Made by a program: the position numbers and the translations under genes. A stretch of 64,000 bases of DNA from Marsupella aquatica (Eukaryota > Plantae > Marchantiophyta). The stretch is taken from contig OZ316896.1 of the NCBI GenBank assembly GCA_973895155.1, positions 9,073,539-9,137,538 on the forward strand, written 5' to 3'. Shown here in pieces: positions 26,104-40,289 of this stretch. Under the pieces are notes generated by a model that worked only from the letters and a program-made list of their open reading frames with translations, had not been told where the DNA came from and did not search any database. Numbering within the stretch: position 1 is the stretch's first letter; every line of letters begins with the position of its first letter.

Positions 26104-28859
26104 TAAGGAATTATATCCTGGCCATAAAAATGTTTTTATGTCCTTTCCGTACCACCTATATGCGAGCCTATATGACGTTGTTTTGACACGCCCTATTGAG
26201 TTACAACAAAGGACATAATTAAAATGCTTTTACTACTGGGATGAAAACTTTATGGGCTACCTAGATGTGTGCCCCATAAGGATTGCACAATGTGCCAAAA
26301 ATAGTTAGCCATAAGACCTTGCTTGTGGCGGTGTGACACACCTAGTGAGTACATGCATATGGTACCATAGGAAGACTATCCCAAACATTGTCCTAAGTAT
26401 GCAGCTCACACCTGAGGTCTACCAGGCTCTTCCGTTTCCCAATAGGTAGGTCTGAGTTTTTAGGTTCTTGGGTGTTGTTGTGCTGGGCTGTGGCCTGGAT
26501 CATTTGGGATTTGTAACTCTTTGGTTGCCCCCCCCCCCCCACCCCTTCTTGATTGGGTCATTTGCGTGAGGGATCATGTCTCCCAATTGGGTGTCTTTTC
26601 TCTTTGAGTTGGAGGTGATATAGTCTGGACATTTTACCCTTACAGGGCACGTCAGTTGGTAACCCGTAAGGTTTATGATTGTCCTGGCCATAATTTAAAC
26701 AATTATATGTAGACATTGGCCGTACCTTACCTATGGCCTTGTTTTGACATGCCCTCCTAGCCAGGAAATTTCAAAGCTTCATAGTTACAGATGAGGACTT
26801 TTGACCATAAACAAATGGACATTGTTTTTTTCATCGGAGAGATGTACTTGATGGACCCCCACAAGAAGTATTACGTGATGCACCCTGTGCATGATCTAGA
26901 TCTAGACTGTTGATGGACCTTAAATTAATCAACATACCCAAAATCTAGCTAGCTCATGGGGCCAGGTGGGGTAACATTTTTCAATTTTGGGGGTTTTAAG
27001 TTATCTGATTGAATGTGGTTGTGGGCCGGGGGACTTTTGCCCAGGACTCTTGAATGAGCTGTTTGGCTGTTTGGTCTTCTTGACTTTTCTCTTGTTGCGT
27101 CCCCTTTAATTATTGGATCCTGTCTTGAGGATGGACACCTTTTTTTCTGGCAAAGTGATATAATAGAGGGTCTCAAACCTGAACCTTAATTGAAATGGAA
27201 AGTTATGGACTACCAAATTCACAGTCAGTAATTATCTTTTTGCCCCTCCTTTGTCAATCTTCCTTGGAATTTTCTTGTAAAACTATACATACACCACAAT
27301 TCCTTCACCAGCCTGGCCAAGGGAGATGCTTTAAAGCATATTAGAGATTATAAGTCTTAAAATAATTTTTAGTTTTTCACCTGCAAGGCAACTAGAGAAG
27401 GAGGAGACAACGAAAAACTCATTCAAGCCCTTATATTTCATATTAATACAATGAAAATTAATCTAATAGAATGTACCCCTCAGCATTCCATGATGAATTA
27501 CTCAACCAAAATAGCCAAAAGTTCACTGTCATTTATTCACCTCCTTCACACATCATCCAAACTTATGGCACATTATGTTAAAATTTAATCTTGCCTCGTT
27601 AGCAATTGATCTTATGATTGCATGATAATTATGTTCAATATATTACAAAAGCTGATCTTCGTAACCTGGAATTATTGACAGCATGTTAATGTGCCTCTTG
27701 GAGGGAGGTATGCCTTTTCAACCAGTATCTCGGAAATTTTACTAACACAAACACAAACCTTTCTAATACTTAAAGAGCTTCGTAAACTTTAGTCATGCTT
27801 CTATGTTGGCCAGTCAAACTTGACATTGGACACTGTTTAGAAGTTTGTGTAGATGACTGTCTTTTTCAATTTTAGTTTAAAAAAGATAATCACCATTTGT
27901 ATAAATGTCCAGGGAGTCAAGATCTAGAATTCTTGGGGGACACATCACTACGACAAAGTAGATAGGCCCACTTAATTGGGTGTGACGAAATACTTCCAAA
28001 ATTTTATGGAAAAACAAATATATATATATATATATAGGTTGGCCTTAAAGAATAAATCTACCTATTTAATTATAAAAATATTTTCTTGACAGTTTTTAGA
28101 GATTTTAAGTAACATGTTGCATTTTGGGGGTCCATCAACTGAGTATATCTCTCACAAAAAAGGGGAATGTCTTGGACACTCCTAACAAGATATATTGAAT
28201 TAGAGTATTCAACCTTGTAAATTGTAAATTGCCAAGGGGAACTCAAGGCATCAAGGTGATGACTTCTTTCACCTTGCCAAGCAGATCATGTCTAGCTCAG
28301 TTTCACATTTCTGTGGTGCTTTGGAAAAGGCAGGTACAAAGAAGATGGCTGATTCATTCATCTGCTGTAGGACCTGGTGCTAGGTGCAATGGAGAATTGC
28401 AATGGGTAAGTTCTTATCATAATTGCAAATCTCAAGCTCGTTCATCCAGACAAATGAGGCAAAACCATCTTCTGATTTCCTGTTTCAATTATAGGCTAAG
28501 GATGACCTTGTGCCCTCGTTACTAAACCATCAGGATGGAGAAACACTTTGGGCAGGTTGATCATTAGATTGGGTCCGTCTGTTTGATCATTAAATTTGGT
28601 CCTAGACATGGTCCTAGATATGAAAGCTCAAGATTGCTCGTCGGGTATGGTTTAGTGCTACATCAAATCTACGTAGAATTCAACACTTCTCTCCACCTAG
28701 ATTTTGGTGCATGCCAACTCTGGCACCCGGGGGGTGCAAATGGGTGTAGTAGCCTGCCCAACAGATTCTTCAAGAGCCCTCCCAACACAGCAATTGGTAA
28801 GGGAACCTGGTCAAAACCCAGCAAATGATGCTAGCCATTTTGCGACATCAGTGTGCATC

Positions 28860-29955
28860 GTAGGTTCATCACTGTGTCGGATTGACTTCTCTATCCAGGC
28901 AATAATATACTTCTTAAATCGCCAGTTTTTTGACTCAGAGTCCATTACATTATTAAATTCTTATGTCTTCAAATTCTCAATCTCCATCCGATCATGTCAG
29001 CGTGTTGGATTGGCTTCTCAAACTGACTCAATTGCAATGATAAATTCGTAATTGTTTAAATTCTCAACCTCCATTTAATTCCATCCGTTCATGTCGAAAT
29101 TCTCAACCTCCATCCGAGCATGTCAGCGTGTTGCATTGGTTCCTCAAACTGACTCAATTGCAATGATAAATTCGTAATTCTTTAAATTCTCAACCTCCAT
29201 TTAATTCCATCCGGTCATGTCGAAATTCTCAATCTCCATCCGATCATGTCAGCGTGTTCTATTGGCTTCTCAAACTGACTCAATTACATTAATAAATTCG
29301 TTATTCTTCAAGTTCGCTACCTCCATTTATTCTCATCCGTTCATGTCGGTGTGTTGGATTGGCTTCTCAGTCCAGGCAATATACTGTACTCCTCAAACCG
29401 TCACATTTAACTGAGAGTTTATAGCATTATTAAATTCGAAATTCTTCAAGTTCTCAACCCCATCCGTTCATGTCAGTATGTCGGATTGGCTTCTCAGTCC
29501 AGGCAATGCACTGTTCTTGCATTGGCTTGCAACCGTCCTGTCCAACCGTCAGTTCATAACATTATTAAATTCGGACTTCTTCAAGTTCTGAAGCTCCATC
29601 CGTTCGTGTCAGTTTGTTGGATTGACTTCTCTCCAGAAAGGAACTTCAGAAACCGTCAGTCTTTGACTGAGAATCCATTACATTATTAAATTCGTGGTTC
29701 CTCAAGTTTTGAAGCTCCATCTGTTCATGTCAGTTTGTTAAATTGACTTCTCAGTCCAGGGAATGGACTTCTGAAACCGTCAGTCTTTGACTGAGAGTCC
29801 ATTACATTATTAAATTCGTAGTTCTATCAGGTCTCAACCTCCATCCGTTCATGTACTCGTGTTCGATTTACTTCTTTGTCCAGGCAATGGACTATTCAAA
29901 CAGTCACTCCATAACATTATTAAATTCGTAGTTCTTCTAGTTCTCAAGCTCCATC
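28860..29955. repeat. Degenerate minisatellite, ~120-125-bp unit, about 9 copies
   Basis: Recurrent cattattaaattcgt..ttcttcaa.ttctcaacctccatccgttcatgtcag..tgttggattg(a/g)cttctc. The unit checked (29681 to 29805) is 124 bp, not a multiple of 3, and stops occur in the three minus-strand frames checked. Confidence 0.9.
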
Positions 29956-31426
29956 CCACGCGATGGAGAGACAGCGAAGCAACTCAAATGCAGCAGAGTA
30001 ACTGGTAAATGAAGTAGCTTCCTGAAGTGGTTAACAATCTGCGCGTAGAGACACAACACTTCCTGGGAAAACCATTGAAGTATAAGCTGCGGCTGTGGAC
30101 GTTAATAGTCTGAAGCCGAGCAGGATTCTGACATGTAAGAGGCCGAACGCTGTCTTATGCTGACAGTGATTTTGCCGCAGGCTTCTCCCCTTCTAATTTT
30201 AGTGCTGCCCTCCATCATTAGTCTGATGTAGCTGAAGGTTATTATGCCTTGGAGAGCTAGGCTAATCAGCTGCTCTCCGAGATTCCCAGAGACCAAATTC
30301 TTGGTTACAACCACTTACAGGGATCATAGGCAACACTAGTAATTCCCGATGGAAAGCTTTTGTACAAATTGGAAGAATCACGTTCAGGAAGGAGTCACAC
30401 TATTAGGCAAGTTTCAAGCGAAAACAACAAACAAAAAATCCTCAAATCCAGTCAACTGCTGACATAGATTTTCACCTCCAATCGAGTTAAAATCTGTCCG
30501 TCTTTAATCTGAACTCAAGGTGATGAATCCGCGCCGTGGGATTCATTATCAAATTTTATCTTGTTCACAGAGATCAGACAGCCTCTGCATCTCACTGCGG
30601 TGGACTCCAAGCTTGGAGTCCAAGCACCACGAATTAGTTTAGTTGTCCTGGTTAATCCATGTCTGTTCATGGTTGCCAGGAAAGATTCCCCATGGAAAAG
30701 TGAAGGTCGTCATTTCTGGGACCTCTTCCATTGGGTTTGATGTAGTCAAACCATCTGCGAGATAGGTCCGTAAATCTGCACATTCATTCCATGTGTGGGC
30801 ACATACTTCTGCTGCTTTCACCAATAGACAACTGGAACATTTATGAGTTTAGTTGGCATAGAAAAAGGATCAGACAGCATCCCAAGTAAAACAGAGACCT
30901 TGCCAGTACAAAATAGCTTTGCGATCAAAGTTCATGTGCTTGAGATGCATGCACACTGACAGGGGAAGACAATGAGATCAAAATATACCATGAGCTTTTT
31001 AATTACAACAACGAGGCCCGCATGATTTTCGCACATGAACCTGGCAAAGGCAACTCATACAAGTTGTATGATAAGTACTTAGAACCAGTGTTGGAGAGGT
31101 ACCTCACAAAAGTGGGAGTGCAAATAGCGTGTGGTAAATACATACCGACCGCAGCTCTGATTAACTGTGTCTCGTTCTAGCGCCAGGAGTGGTGAGAACG
31201 GGCCGCTAACTAACATCACTCGTACAAAAGGCGCCCCAGCCACTGCATGACACTTTATTGTACTATACACAAAGCCCGAGAAAGTTCCACTGATTGGATC
31301 TTGAAGGGCTTTAAAAAATACGTTCTCTACTGACGATGCAAGAAAGAATTTATCTCCCAGACTGATGAATTTAAAGATTTCAAATTCAATAAATTTGGAC
31401 TAAACTAATAGCTCGATAGATATGGA

Positions 31427-34400
31427 CTAGCTTGAAGTATCATGACCATTCTCTGATGATAACGGTGATGAAGCTATGTCGAAAGGTTTTGGTAATCGGG
31501 CTGAAAATGGTGATGATGGCTCTGAACGTGGTGAGGACATGTCCGAATGCGGTGGTGATGACACAGATCTTTCAGATGTCGGTGTTAATGGAGCGTCTCC
31601 AACTTTGGCTTTGATCGATAAGCTCCAGAGCATTATGCTTGCTGCTAGTGTTAATATCATCTTAGGTCGCACCTGCAACATTTGAGGCTAAAAATTTGTT
31701 TAACATGCTAGAATCCATGGCTTATGAGCCAAATGCATAATATGATTCAAGATCTGAACATAATTACGAGTCTCTATGCACGACCATGCAATGTTGGGAC
31801 AATCGACTCGAGAGATAAGTTTCTGTTTTACAACTTCCAGAACTTCAGAGTATTTTATAACTTTAAATTAACAGATGCAATCTATTTGGTAGAAAGGGAT
31901 ACCTCCACGATGTCATCCCAGAGTAGAAAAATGGAGCATCCAAGCTTGCGTGCCACACTGATGATATACATGGCATTTTTCTTCTTATCTTCATCTGCGG
32001 CCGTACGAAAACCACGTACATATGATCTCAGCATGTATGGGAATAGATCTAAGAGTTGAGATTTTCCAACTTCATATCCGGGACCACATATGTATGGAAT
32101 ATAGTATTCCCAATTCTGATAAGGATGGACCGGAAAACACTTGCTGACAGTCTTCTTTAAGGGACAACTGCTGTCAAGAAAAATGGAAATAAATAGGCTG
32201 AGAGCCTAGACTTCTTAATACGGTAAGAGTCATCAATGAGGACAAAACACACGTGCCATAGAGAATTTGAGGACAGCCAAAGCATCGGCGTACAAAGGCA
32301 ATGAAGGCCAAGTTCATACAGAACTAGAAACATACAGAACATTCTGCCAATGGGGCCAGAGCTGTAAAATAACAACAATACAAGCCATAAGACCTAACCA
32401 TATTTTAGATCCCAGCACCGCGTTCAGCAAGATCACTCACCAGTCACTCCGGCTGTGACAATGTTCCAGTTTACCACTCTGGGCTCTACTGCTCCCAATA
32501 AATCCATGAAGAAAACTCCAGTTGAGATACTTTTATCCTGAATTAAAAACCATCACACTTGGTCACACACACTGCATCAATAAATTTTCACCAGACCGAC
32601 TGAAGATTGAGCATAAAGTAAAAGATTTGTAAGTGGAGTACCAACAACAATCCGTATACCTTACATGTTCATATGCTTCATTCGAGAGGCAGGAAATGAC
32701 AAAAGGCTCCCCATCATGAAATGCAGAATCCAATTGTACAGCAAAGTGAGAATTAATCCATTTTCCACCCCTATCTTACCTTGAAAGATTCGATCCGTGT
32801 CGACTTTCCAACATTCTTGATTTTGAGGTTGGCCCACTGCACAATATCTGCATCTGAAACCTCTCTACCCTGTAGTTTCAAATTTTTGAGCAAGTGCAAC
32901 ACGTGGTACCGCATTAACTGCCACAAGAATGCTGTACAGTCCAACCAAGTAGAAAAGTTAGGCATAGAAATAGACATCCTGTAGGAGAAATTGCCAACTG
33001 CACGTATCCTTCAAGAGAAGTTTTGGTCAACTGACAACCCTTACTGAAAATGAGGTCCGATCCCTGAGAAATGCACGACACACACTAATCCAACAAACAC
33101 TGGTAACTGATAACCACTAAAGGGCTAGACTGTGATGGACCCTAAACCCTAAACCCTTTCCCTATCAGTATCACTCCCTTATTTGTTTCCTAGTGAGGAG
33201 TAGGCCTGGAGGAAAGTAATACCAAGTGTGAGCTTCTTATTGCCTTCCACGAAATCCTGCCCAGATACATTCACAAGGGAGAGCTTTACCGCCTTCCCAA
33301 TTGCAACGGCTTGATTGCAATTCTCCACCTTTTTAAATGGCATTTTGATGGGAGGCTTAGTTGCTCCTTTCCAGTTCACACTTCCAGGAACCACTTTGTC
33401 TAAAACCTCCAGTAGCATCCACCTGCACTTCCAACAACAATTAGTCAATGGATTAAATCAGAAAGACAGCTTACTGGACCTTGGCTGCTATGTTTCTCGA
33501 TAAAACAACCTATCAGACATTGCAACTATAAGGACGAGACGAGACAATGAATTGGGCTTCATATCTCAAGTGATACAGTGGGAGACATATACTCTAATCT
33601 GATTCAAATAACTTTCCAAACTACTCCGTGGGAAATAGGAGTCAACATACCCATCTCGTACATCTTCGAATAGGGAGCTGACATATTCAATCCCCATACT
33701 GTTTATCCACATACGATATGCCCTTTCTTCCCTGGAATCTTGCTCATCATCAGATTCTACGAGTTCGGCATAGGAAAACTTGCCGTTGTCCGTGGACAAG
33801 CCACTCCTGCAAGTCACGAACGCAATGCGAATGTGGTAGGATTGTGAAATAAATCTTGACAATTGATTATTTATCTACGTCGAGAACTTCTTACATTGCA
33901 ATACATAGTACCCACTGACGAGCAATGATTTCAAGAAATGACTGAACAAGGAGGGATAACCAATGATTGCTGCCCCCTAGTAGATCAACCACGCGCAAAC
34001 CAAGCTTGATGACAAACCTAGGCTGCAGACGCTAAGTCCCATTCTGAGCAATTAATATCGATATGTTTTAATGAAATAAAAAAACAGGGGGAGGAAGCAA
34101 GCCCCAAACCTTGTCCTAAATAGGTGAGCAACAAATGCAAGATTCAAATTAGGTGAGCCATCCAAGATGTCCTTGGCACTAATGTATTTGCGTGTCCCAA
34201 TTCGTGCAGCTTGGGCCAAGACTGCTTGTGCCCTCTCTGCCGGATCGGAGATTGTGAGGGGTTCTAAGGTACAAACTTCAGGAGCCAGCTTATTTAGAAG
34301 AACAGTGTACGCTGTTCCATCCTGCAAGTTTTCCCACAGCAAAAAACATAAAGGCCTCAGCACATACGATTTCAACATCCCTTTTGCAAAATGCTCCGAA

Positions 34401-37400
34401 GTGCACAAACAGTTGGGCTCTCCGGAACAACACAACAATGAGCATCTATCTTCTCTATATCGATATCTCAGCCTGAGTGAGTTTCAAGGAACTCTAAAAT
34501 GTACAAGATGACTGTGCAGACATACTGGATGGTATCAACCGAGAACTGCAAAATCTCATAGATGAGGAAAACTCCAAATAATGTGGGCAGTGCAACTGCC
34601 CTATCAACACAAAGAAAATGGAAACTACTCCAAAATGAGCGGACAGAGAACTTATTGCAACAAAAGTATTACCTTGATGTCGGAAGAGTAATTTGAGATC
34701 ACTTTTGGGTAGCCGGCCTTCTTAAGATGGAAGTTCATCCATCGCAAAAGCAACTTTTCTGCTGGCAGTCTCAAAAGATCTTCAAATTCCTGTTCACAGA
34801 GGACGAGTTCAGTTCCGACGACATCTTACAAGCATAGTCCTGGAAATTTATAATAATTTGAAGACAGTAAGTAGCAATTTAATCCTTCCATTTTTCTGCA
34901 TTCGACTGATTTTCCGCTTCAGCAAACTGAGGAGGCAGCTCAATGGTAACAACCCATTAGCTACCCTTGAAACGTAAAAGATGTACACACCTCCATTTCG
35001 TCAAGTAGCTCGGCTAGTTCTGGAGTTTTCTTCAAATTAATATCAGATAATAGCTGAATCTGGAAGACAAAAAAAAACCGCAATATTTCATACACATGCA
35101 GATGCATTGCATAAACTTTACAGAAATCACAAAGACATCCAGGTTCCTCACTCCCTAAACAATGTGAAAGCAAGACTTCGCTGCATCACAGAATAGACAA
35201 GTCCCGCCACAGGTGGCGAAGATTCGACGTCGAGTTGGGCAAGAAGCTCAGTTGCTGTATCAGTATCTTACCTTCACAATCTGAGTAATAAGCCCCATGA
35301 CAAGATGTGGCTGCACAATATAAGAGCATATATCAGAACACAACGACCAGAAACACACCTTAATATAGAAACACTTTATGATATAGATATCATCAATCCT
35401 TGAAACTGTCCATCGTCGTTCAAGGAGGGGCTTGATTTCAAAGGAAACCTAAGGAGGTGGTTCCCTCTAATATTGGAATTTAGGAGTTCTTCAGTAAGCA
35501 TTTTCCGTCATTCAATGCTTATAACTCAGCCCAAAAGCAGATATTGGCATGAAGAGTATGAGAACCGATGCATGCTTCCCTTCTTGGCCTGCCTGATCCC
35601 ATGACTGCTCTCCACAATGTCTGCAAACTGAAGTAGATCAGCGGAAGAGAAAACTACTTACCCGACCCTCTGCCATATCCTGTGTGCCAATGTTGACAAC
35701 TGAACAGCCAATAGCCTTTGCTGAATTGAGGCCCAAAGTGTGGTTCTCATTTCTCTCCCAGGGATTTAGCTTCTCTTTCACGTTTATGGCTCGATCATCA
35801 ATTGTTCCAGATACCGCCAAATTGATCAATTTGCTGTCAGGAATGACCAAAGTAGGAGATCAGGAAAATTCAGAAGTACAAACATCAATGGCAGACCACT
35901 CCCCTTAATCGAGTTATTCCGCTACAATACAACCAATGCTCAATCTACAATAATGGTAGTTTGTCAGAGCAGATAACTTGCTCACACCAGGTCATCGAAC
36001 CAGAGCCCAACTAATCTGAGCCTCCCCTGATCCTCTTTACCTCCTAAGAAAATTTGCCTCCATAATTCGGTGAATAACCTTTCTGGCTCTATCTGTAAGA
36101 TCTTACAAGACTTTTGCTTTAATGTTTGTTGCAAAGAACTCCCTTACGCACCAAAGGAGAACACCGTCCTTCGCAATTTCAAAAAGGTCGTCTGTTGCAG
36201 GATCAATTGGTAGATGTTTGCCAAGGATGGGATCTCCTTCTAGGTAAGTGTTGATGTGATCAACATAAGCCCTCTTCTCCGACTCACTGATGTGGTGTAC
36301 CAGGGTGGTGGTAGCATTTGTCAGGAAAGCTGACTTTTGTGGACTGACAGAAGGGCTTCGGCCACCTCTCTCCAATTCCACTTGCACCTGCAGCAAGGGT
36401 TCGTGAATACTCCATTAATAAACACTATATACCGTGTAGAAAGTCAACGGCAAAGATCCACTCAAGGCAGTGGGTATAATGACCATTGTATTCTATGGTG
36501 CAGATGAACTTGGTTAGAATTACGTGGAGACAAAAACAATTATACGCTACAGTGGGTAGGCCTCCCCTGCTAATTGGCACAGTGTTCCCTCGTACATGTT
36601 CACCGCTGCTAGCTTGTACTGACTTAGGAGCAGACGATACACGATTCACGTATGAATGCGTACCAACTAGACATCTCAACTCTTATTAGTTTCCCAAGGC
36701 CAATTATTTTTGGATTTAAGAAATCACTGAAGCTTTCACATTCTTTCAGGTTATTGACGACTTCAGTATTTACAAACCTCAAAATCAGCAACTTCAACAG
36801 GACTTTTATTGCCGTGAAGACAATTCTCGCTTGGCCAGAAAGCCATTCCTCTCAGTTTTCTTATAGTTCTGAGAATCACCTGGACAATCGCCAATCTCAG
36901 GTAAGTCTGAGACTGGATCCCAGTAGTAAGAGCAAACTCACATTTCCACCAGGAGAACCGCGAGGGTGGAGTGCCTAAGATTTTAGAGGGAAAACTTACC
37001 CGCAGAAAGCCTTCGAAGTCCAATCCTCCTGTTTCCTTTTGGTCCTGTTCCTTCATTATCACCGATAGTTCGTCTGCTGTCAATGGCGCCGATAAGTTGA
37101 GCCCTCTCAACCCAGACTCCAGTTCGGTGGCTGTGATGACGCCCGCCCTAGCTTTATCCCATGAGTCGAACTGGTATCCACAACAAAAGGGCTAAAAAAT
37201 TAGCTGCGATCGGATCAGACTGCTGGCGTATTGCTAAAACATTCACCGAACCAGCTGCCAAGCAGAGACCAACACGCTGAGAAACTTTGCAAACTGTTAA
37301 CAATTCTCTCGCGTTCATTAAGGCACATGACACCTAATGTCCCTCCCTGACGGACAGATCTACATCTCGCATGAACATCTGCTCACTGAGCATTACGATT

Positions 37401-38317
37401 AGGTCCCAGCGTCCTAACTCGTTACTGTCAACAGTTTCCGCGCTGCTCCACAGCAAAGGAACAAGAGGAAACAGAGCTCTCCGCCTTTCCCGCTCTCTGT
37501 GATTTACCTGCTAGTTTTGGCTAGATGAACTCATAAATTGGGCCCCTGCCTGGACTTGAGAATAATCTATTCAATTTCTATTTGAACAAGATTCTCTCTG
37601 TCGAATTTATTCAATGCCTCCAGACTAAGAAGGTCGAGTTGGATCCCCAGGGAGATTGAATGCCATCATTGTCCTACCGATCTCTCCACAGCTTATGCAC
37701 GAGCAGATTCCAAGCTTCGATGGGATGGGCAACGATGGCCAATCTCGATGGGTAAAAGAGTGTGTGGATGCCAGAGATCTATGTTGCTACAAAAGATTAA
37801 ATGGATCTACATACTTAGCGCGTCCTTAAAGGATTCAACTTCACCTTCTTCCCGCCAGTCCATGAGATGAAGTACACCACTCATGGGCTTCATCCAAATT
37901 GTTGGCAACCCGTGTGAGCATTACGCAGGAAGGAACGCAACCACCCACCAAAGCAAATGACTTGATTGATACTTTAGAGTCGCCCCACTCAAGTGCCAAT
38001 CCGAAGACGAAGGTCATGTCATTGTGATAAGATTAGACTGCCCAACCCAGACCTTGAAATGATATATGCAAATATCACCACTAATGGCCCAAGCAGCAGC
38101 TTCGAGAGCATACGGGAACAAAACCAGGCCCAAGCACACCAGGAAAATACCCGCCAGAAAAGAGCTTAAGCAGAGACTTTTTCTTCCAAGATTTTCTATT
38201 GCACGCCAGATTGCGACAAGAGGGCTTTACCTGCGCCTTGAGTGATCGAAGCTGCCCTTGCGTAAAATGGCTTGACAGCTTTGGGTCTGATACAACCACT
38301 CCGCCAAACGATGCCAT
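31427..38317 (-). CDS. FIM: Fimbrin (plastin-family actin-bundling protein), ~14 exons
   Basis: Start [29 protein letters not shown] (38317-38231) is followed by an EF-hand-like exon (37170-37000, LDFEGFLR). The CH-domain exons include [147 protein letters not shown] and [14 protein letters not shown]. Stop at 31427. Confidence 0.97.
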
Positions 38318-38994
38318 TCTGTCTGTTCTCACCTATCTCTCTGTTTTGTCTCTCTGTCTAACTGTCTCTACCAATCTACCAGGCTCAATGGCTGGCTGGA
38401 TCTCCCTTCCCTATTGTGAGGTACAGTGCGAGAGACAGATTCCCTCTCTCTCCCACGCAATGCTGCCGGAAATTCCACCGTAATAACGCCTGCCGTTTCT
38501 TTGACGACTTTCTAAAAAAGAATTCAAACCCTCGACCGTCCTCCTGTTTCTCCTTCAACGCTCCCATTTCTCCCTCGTCGTCATCATCTTCATCCCGCAC
38601 CACTCGCAAAATCGCAAAATCGGTGTTGGTACCATCACATATGAATGCATCTCGGACATCCACCAAACCATAATCCTCCGCCTCTTCCTCCTCTCGATCG
38701 ATCGTTCGCAAGTAAAGAAGATTCCCTTGGCAGACACGAAAACGAGAAGGAAGCGCCTCCTCCTCCCCCCCCTCCCCCTCTCCCGCGGGGCGCGCTGCTT
38801 TGAAACTGAATCCGAAATCTTCGGCCCACCTGCTTCCGCCTCCCCTCCCTCCCCCTCCCCCACTTCTATCAAAGATCCGCAATCCTGCCTCCCATCTCAC
38901 AATCCCGCTCGCCGCAGATTCGTCCAGATCCTCATCGTCCGAATTTCCGATCCACCTACTGAAAAACTCCGCCCATCAAATGCATCATCATCCT

Positions 38995-39018
38995 CAGCAG
39001 CAGCAGCAGCAGCAGCAG
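38995..39018. repeat. (CAG)8 microsatellite in the fimbrin upstream/5'UTR region; (CAT)n at ~39346-39366
   Basis: Seen directly in the sequence. Confidence 0.9.
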
Positions 39019-40289
39019 CAAATTAGCAATGGTAGCGCAGCTCCTGCCTTTGCCCTCTCCACTCCCATAGTCGAGCAGAATTCTCACTGTCTCTCTCTCT
39101 CACTGTCTGTAGAGTATCTATCCAGGATCGCTCTGGCACTCACCACCACGCCTCCCACCCACACTCTTGCACATTCCTTCCCACGCACCGTCCACTTTCA
39201 ATCTCTCGCTCTCGCAAGCACGCCAACCTCACTCACTCCAAATCGCCCTCCACTACTCTCTTCGTTCTCCTCTTCCCTGTCTCATACTCTGATGAACGTG
39301 CCCGTCTCCCCCACTCGGGTCTCTGCTTCACAACGTTCGTACGCGCATCATCATCATCATCATCATTCAATGTCCAAAATGGGACCCAAGGACCCACAAA
39401 AGCAAATGCCCTCTGACAAAAAGATTGCCCAAAGCAACGCTGCTCGATCCACTACTCTGCTCCGTCTGCGCCTGCCTGCCTGCCTGCCTGCCTTTCCTCC
39501 GATCCGGAGAAGTACTTTCTACACAGACGCCCTCCTAGCTTTCAATGATCGATCGGACTCCAACTCGATCTACACTAGTAGAATATTTTACATTTCGTGT
39601 GCGCGTTTCGTTTCCCCGGGATTCCCCACGTCCCCCGGAGTCCGAGCTCGAGCTCCTCTCACCGTCATCGCCGCCACTCCTTGAAACACGAACTCGAGTC
39701 GAGCAGAACAGAGAACAGAACAGAACAGAGAACAGAGGACAGAGCAGAGTGGAGAGGAGAGCAGTCTCTGCCCCCCCCGTCTACTGTGCAGCCGTTCAGT
39801 CTACTCTGTCGCGTAAGACGACACTCTTTTACTGAGAGCGACTGCAGTCACGGGTGAAACTGTGCGGGCGTGGCAGTCCGGTCGCCGTCTGTATGAACCG
39901 TGAATGAAAGGTCCAATACAGTACTGTATGAATCCGAGGTATAACGGTAATGATGACTGTGACGGACGGCAGTCACCTACATGGCATGCGGCTGTAACCA
40001 GATTTACGCAAGATCAACATGCTTAATTAGGGTTTAGGGTTTAAATTAATCATTGACCCGTTCAGAATGATGATTTTTATTACCTCGTCTTTAATTTTGA
40101 TTATTTTACAGGGGTGTTACCTTCGTTTCTTTGGATATTGGAAATTGCCTAGCAACCCCTTTGAATTCTTACTATAAATCTATTCTCTGGGTTTATTATT
40201 TTGCTATATTTCTTTATTTATCTTATTGAGACCATTGTCTATAAGAGCATAATAATAAATTTGACAATGGTCTCAATTAGAAATTTTTA

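Larger units (their letters stand above)
24803..26349. mobile_element. TA-flanked element with CTCACTAGG termini, containing an internal ~95-110-bp tandem array and nested MITEs
   Basis: atgTA|ctcactagg at 24798-24811 is the exact reverse complement of cctagtgag|TAcat at 26341-26354. Internally there are about 6 units of taggg(c/a)gtgtcaaaa..gccataagaatt..cttatggct.aaattttgttggacat..agtcttatggggcgtgta. Confidence 0.65.

Noticed and set aside
38385-39684. 171-aa and 294-aa ORFs with polyQ, polyH and polyP
   Set aside because: They are low-complexity CT-rich and microsatellite sequence of the fimbrin 5'UTR/promoter with no domain signal.
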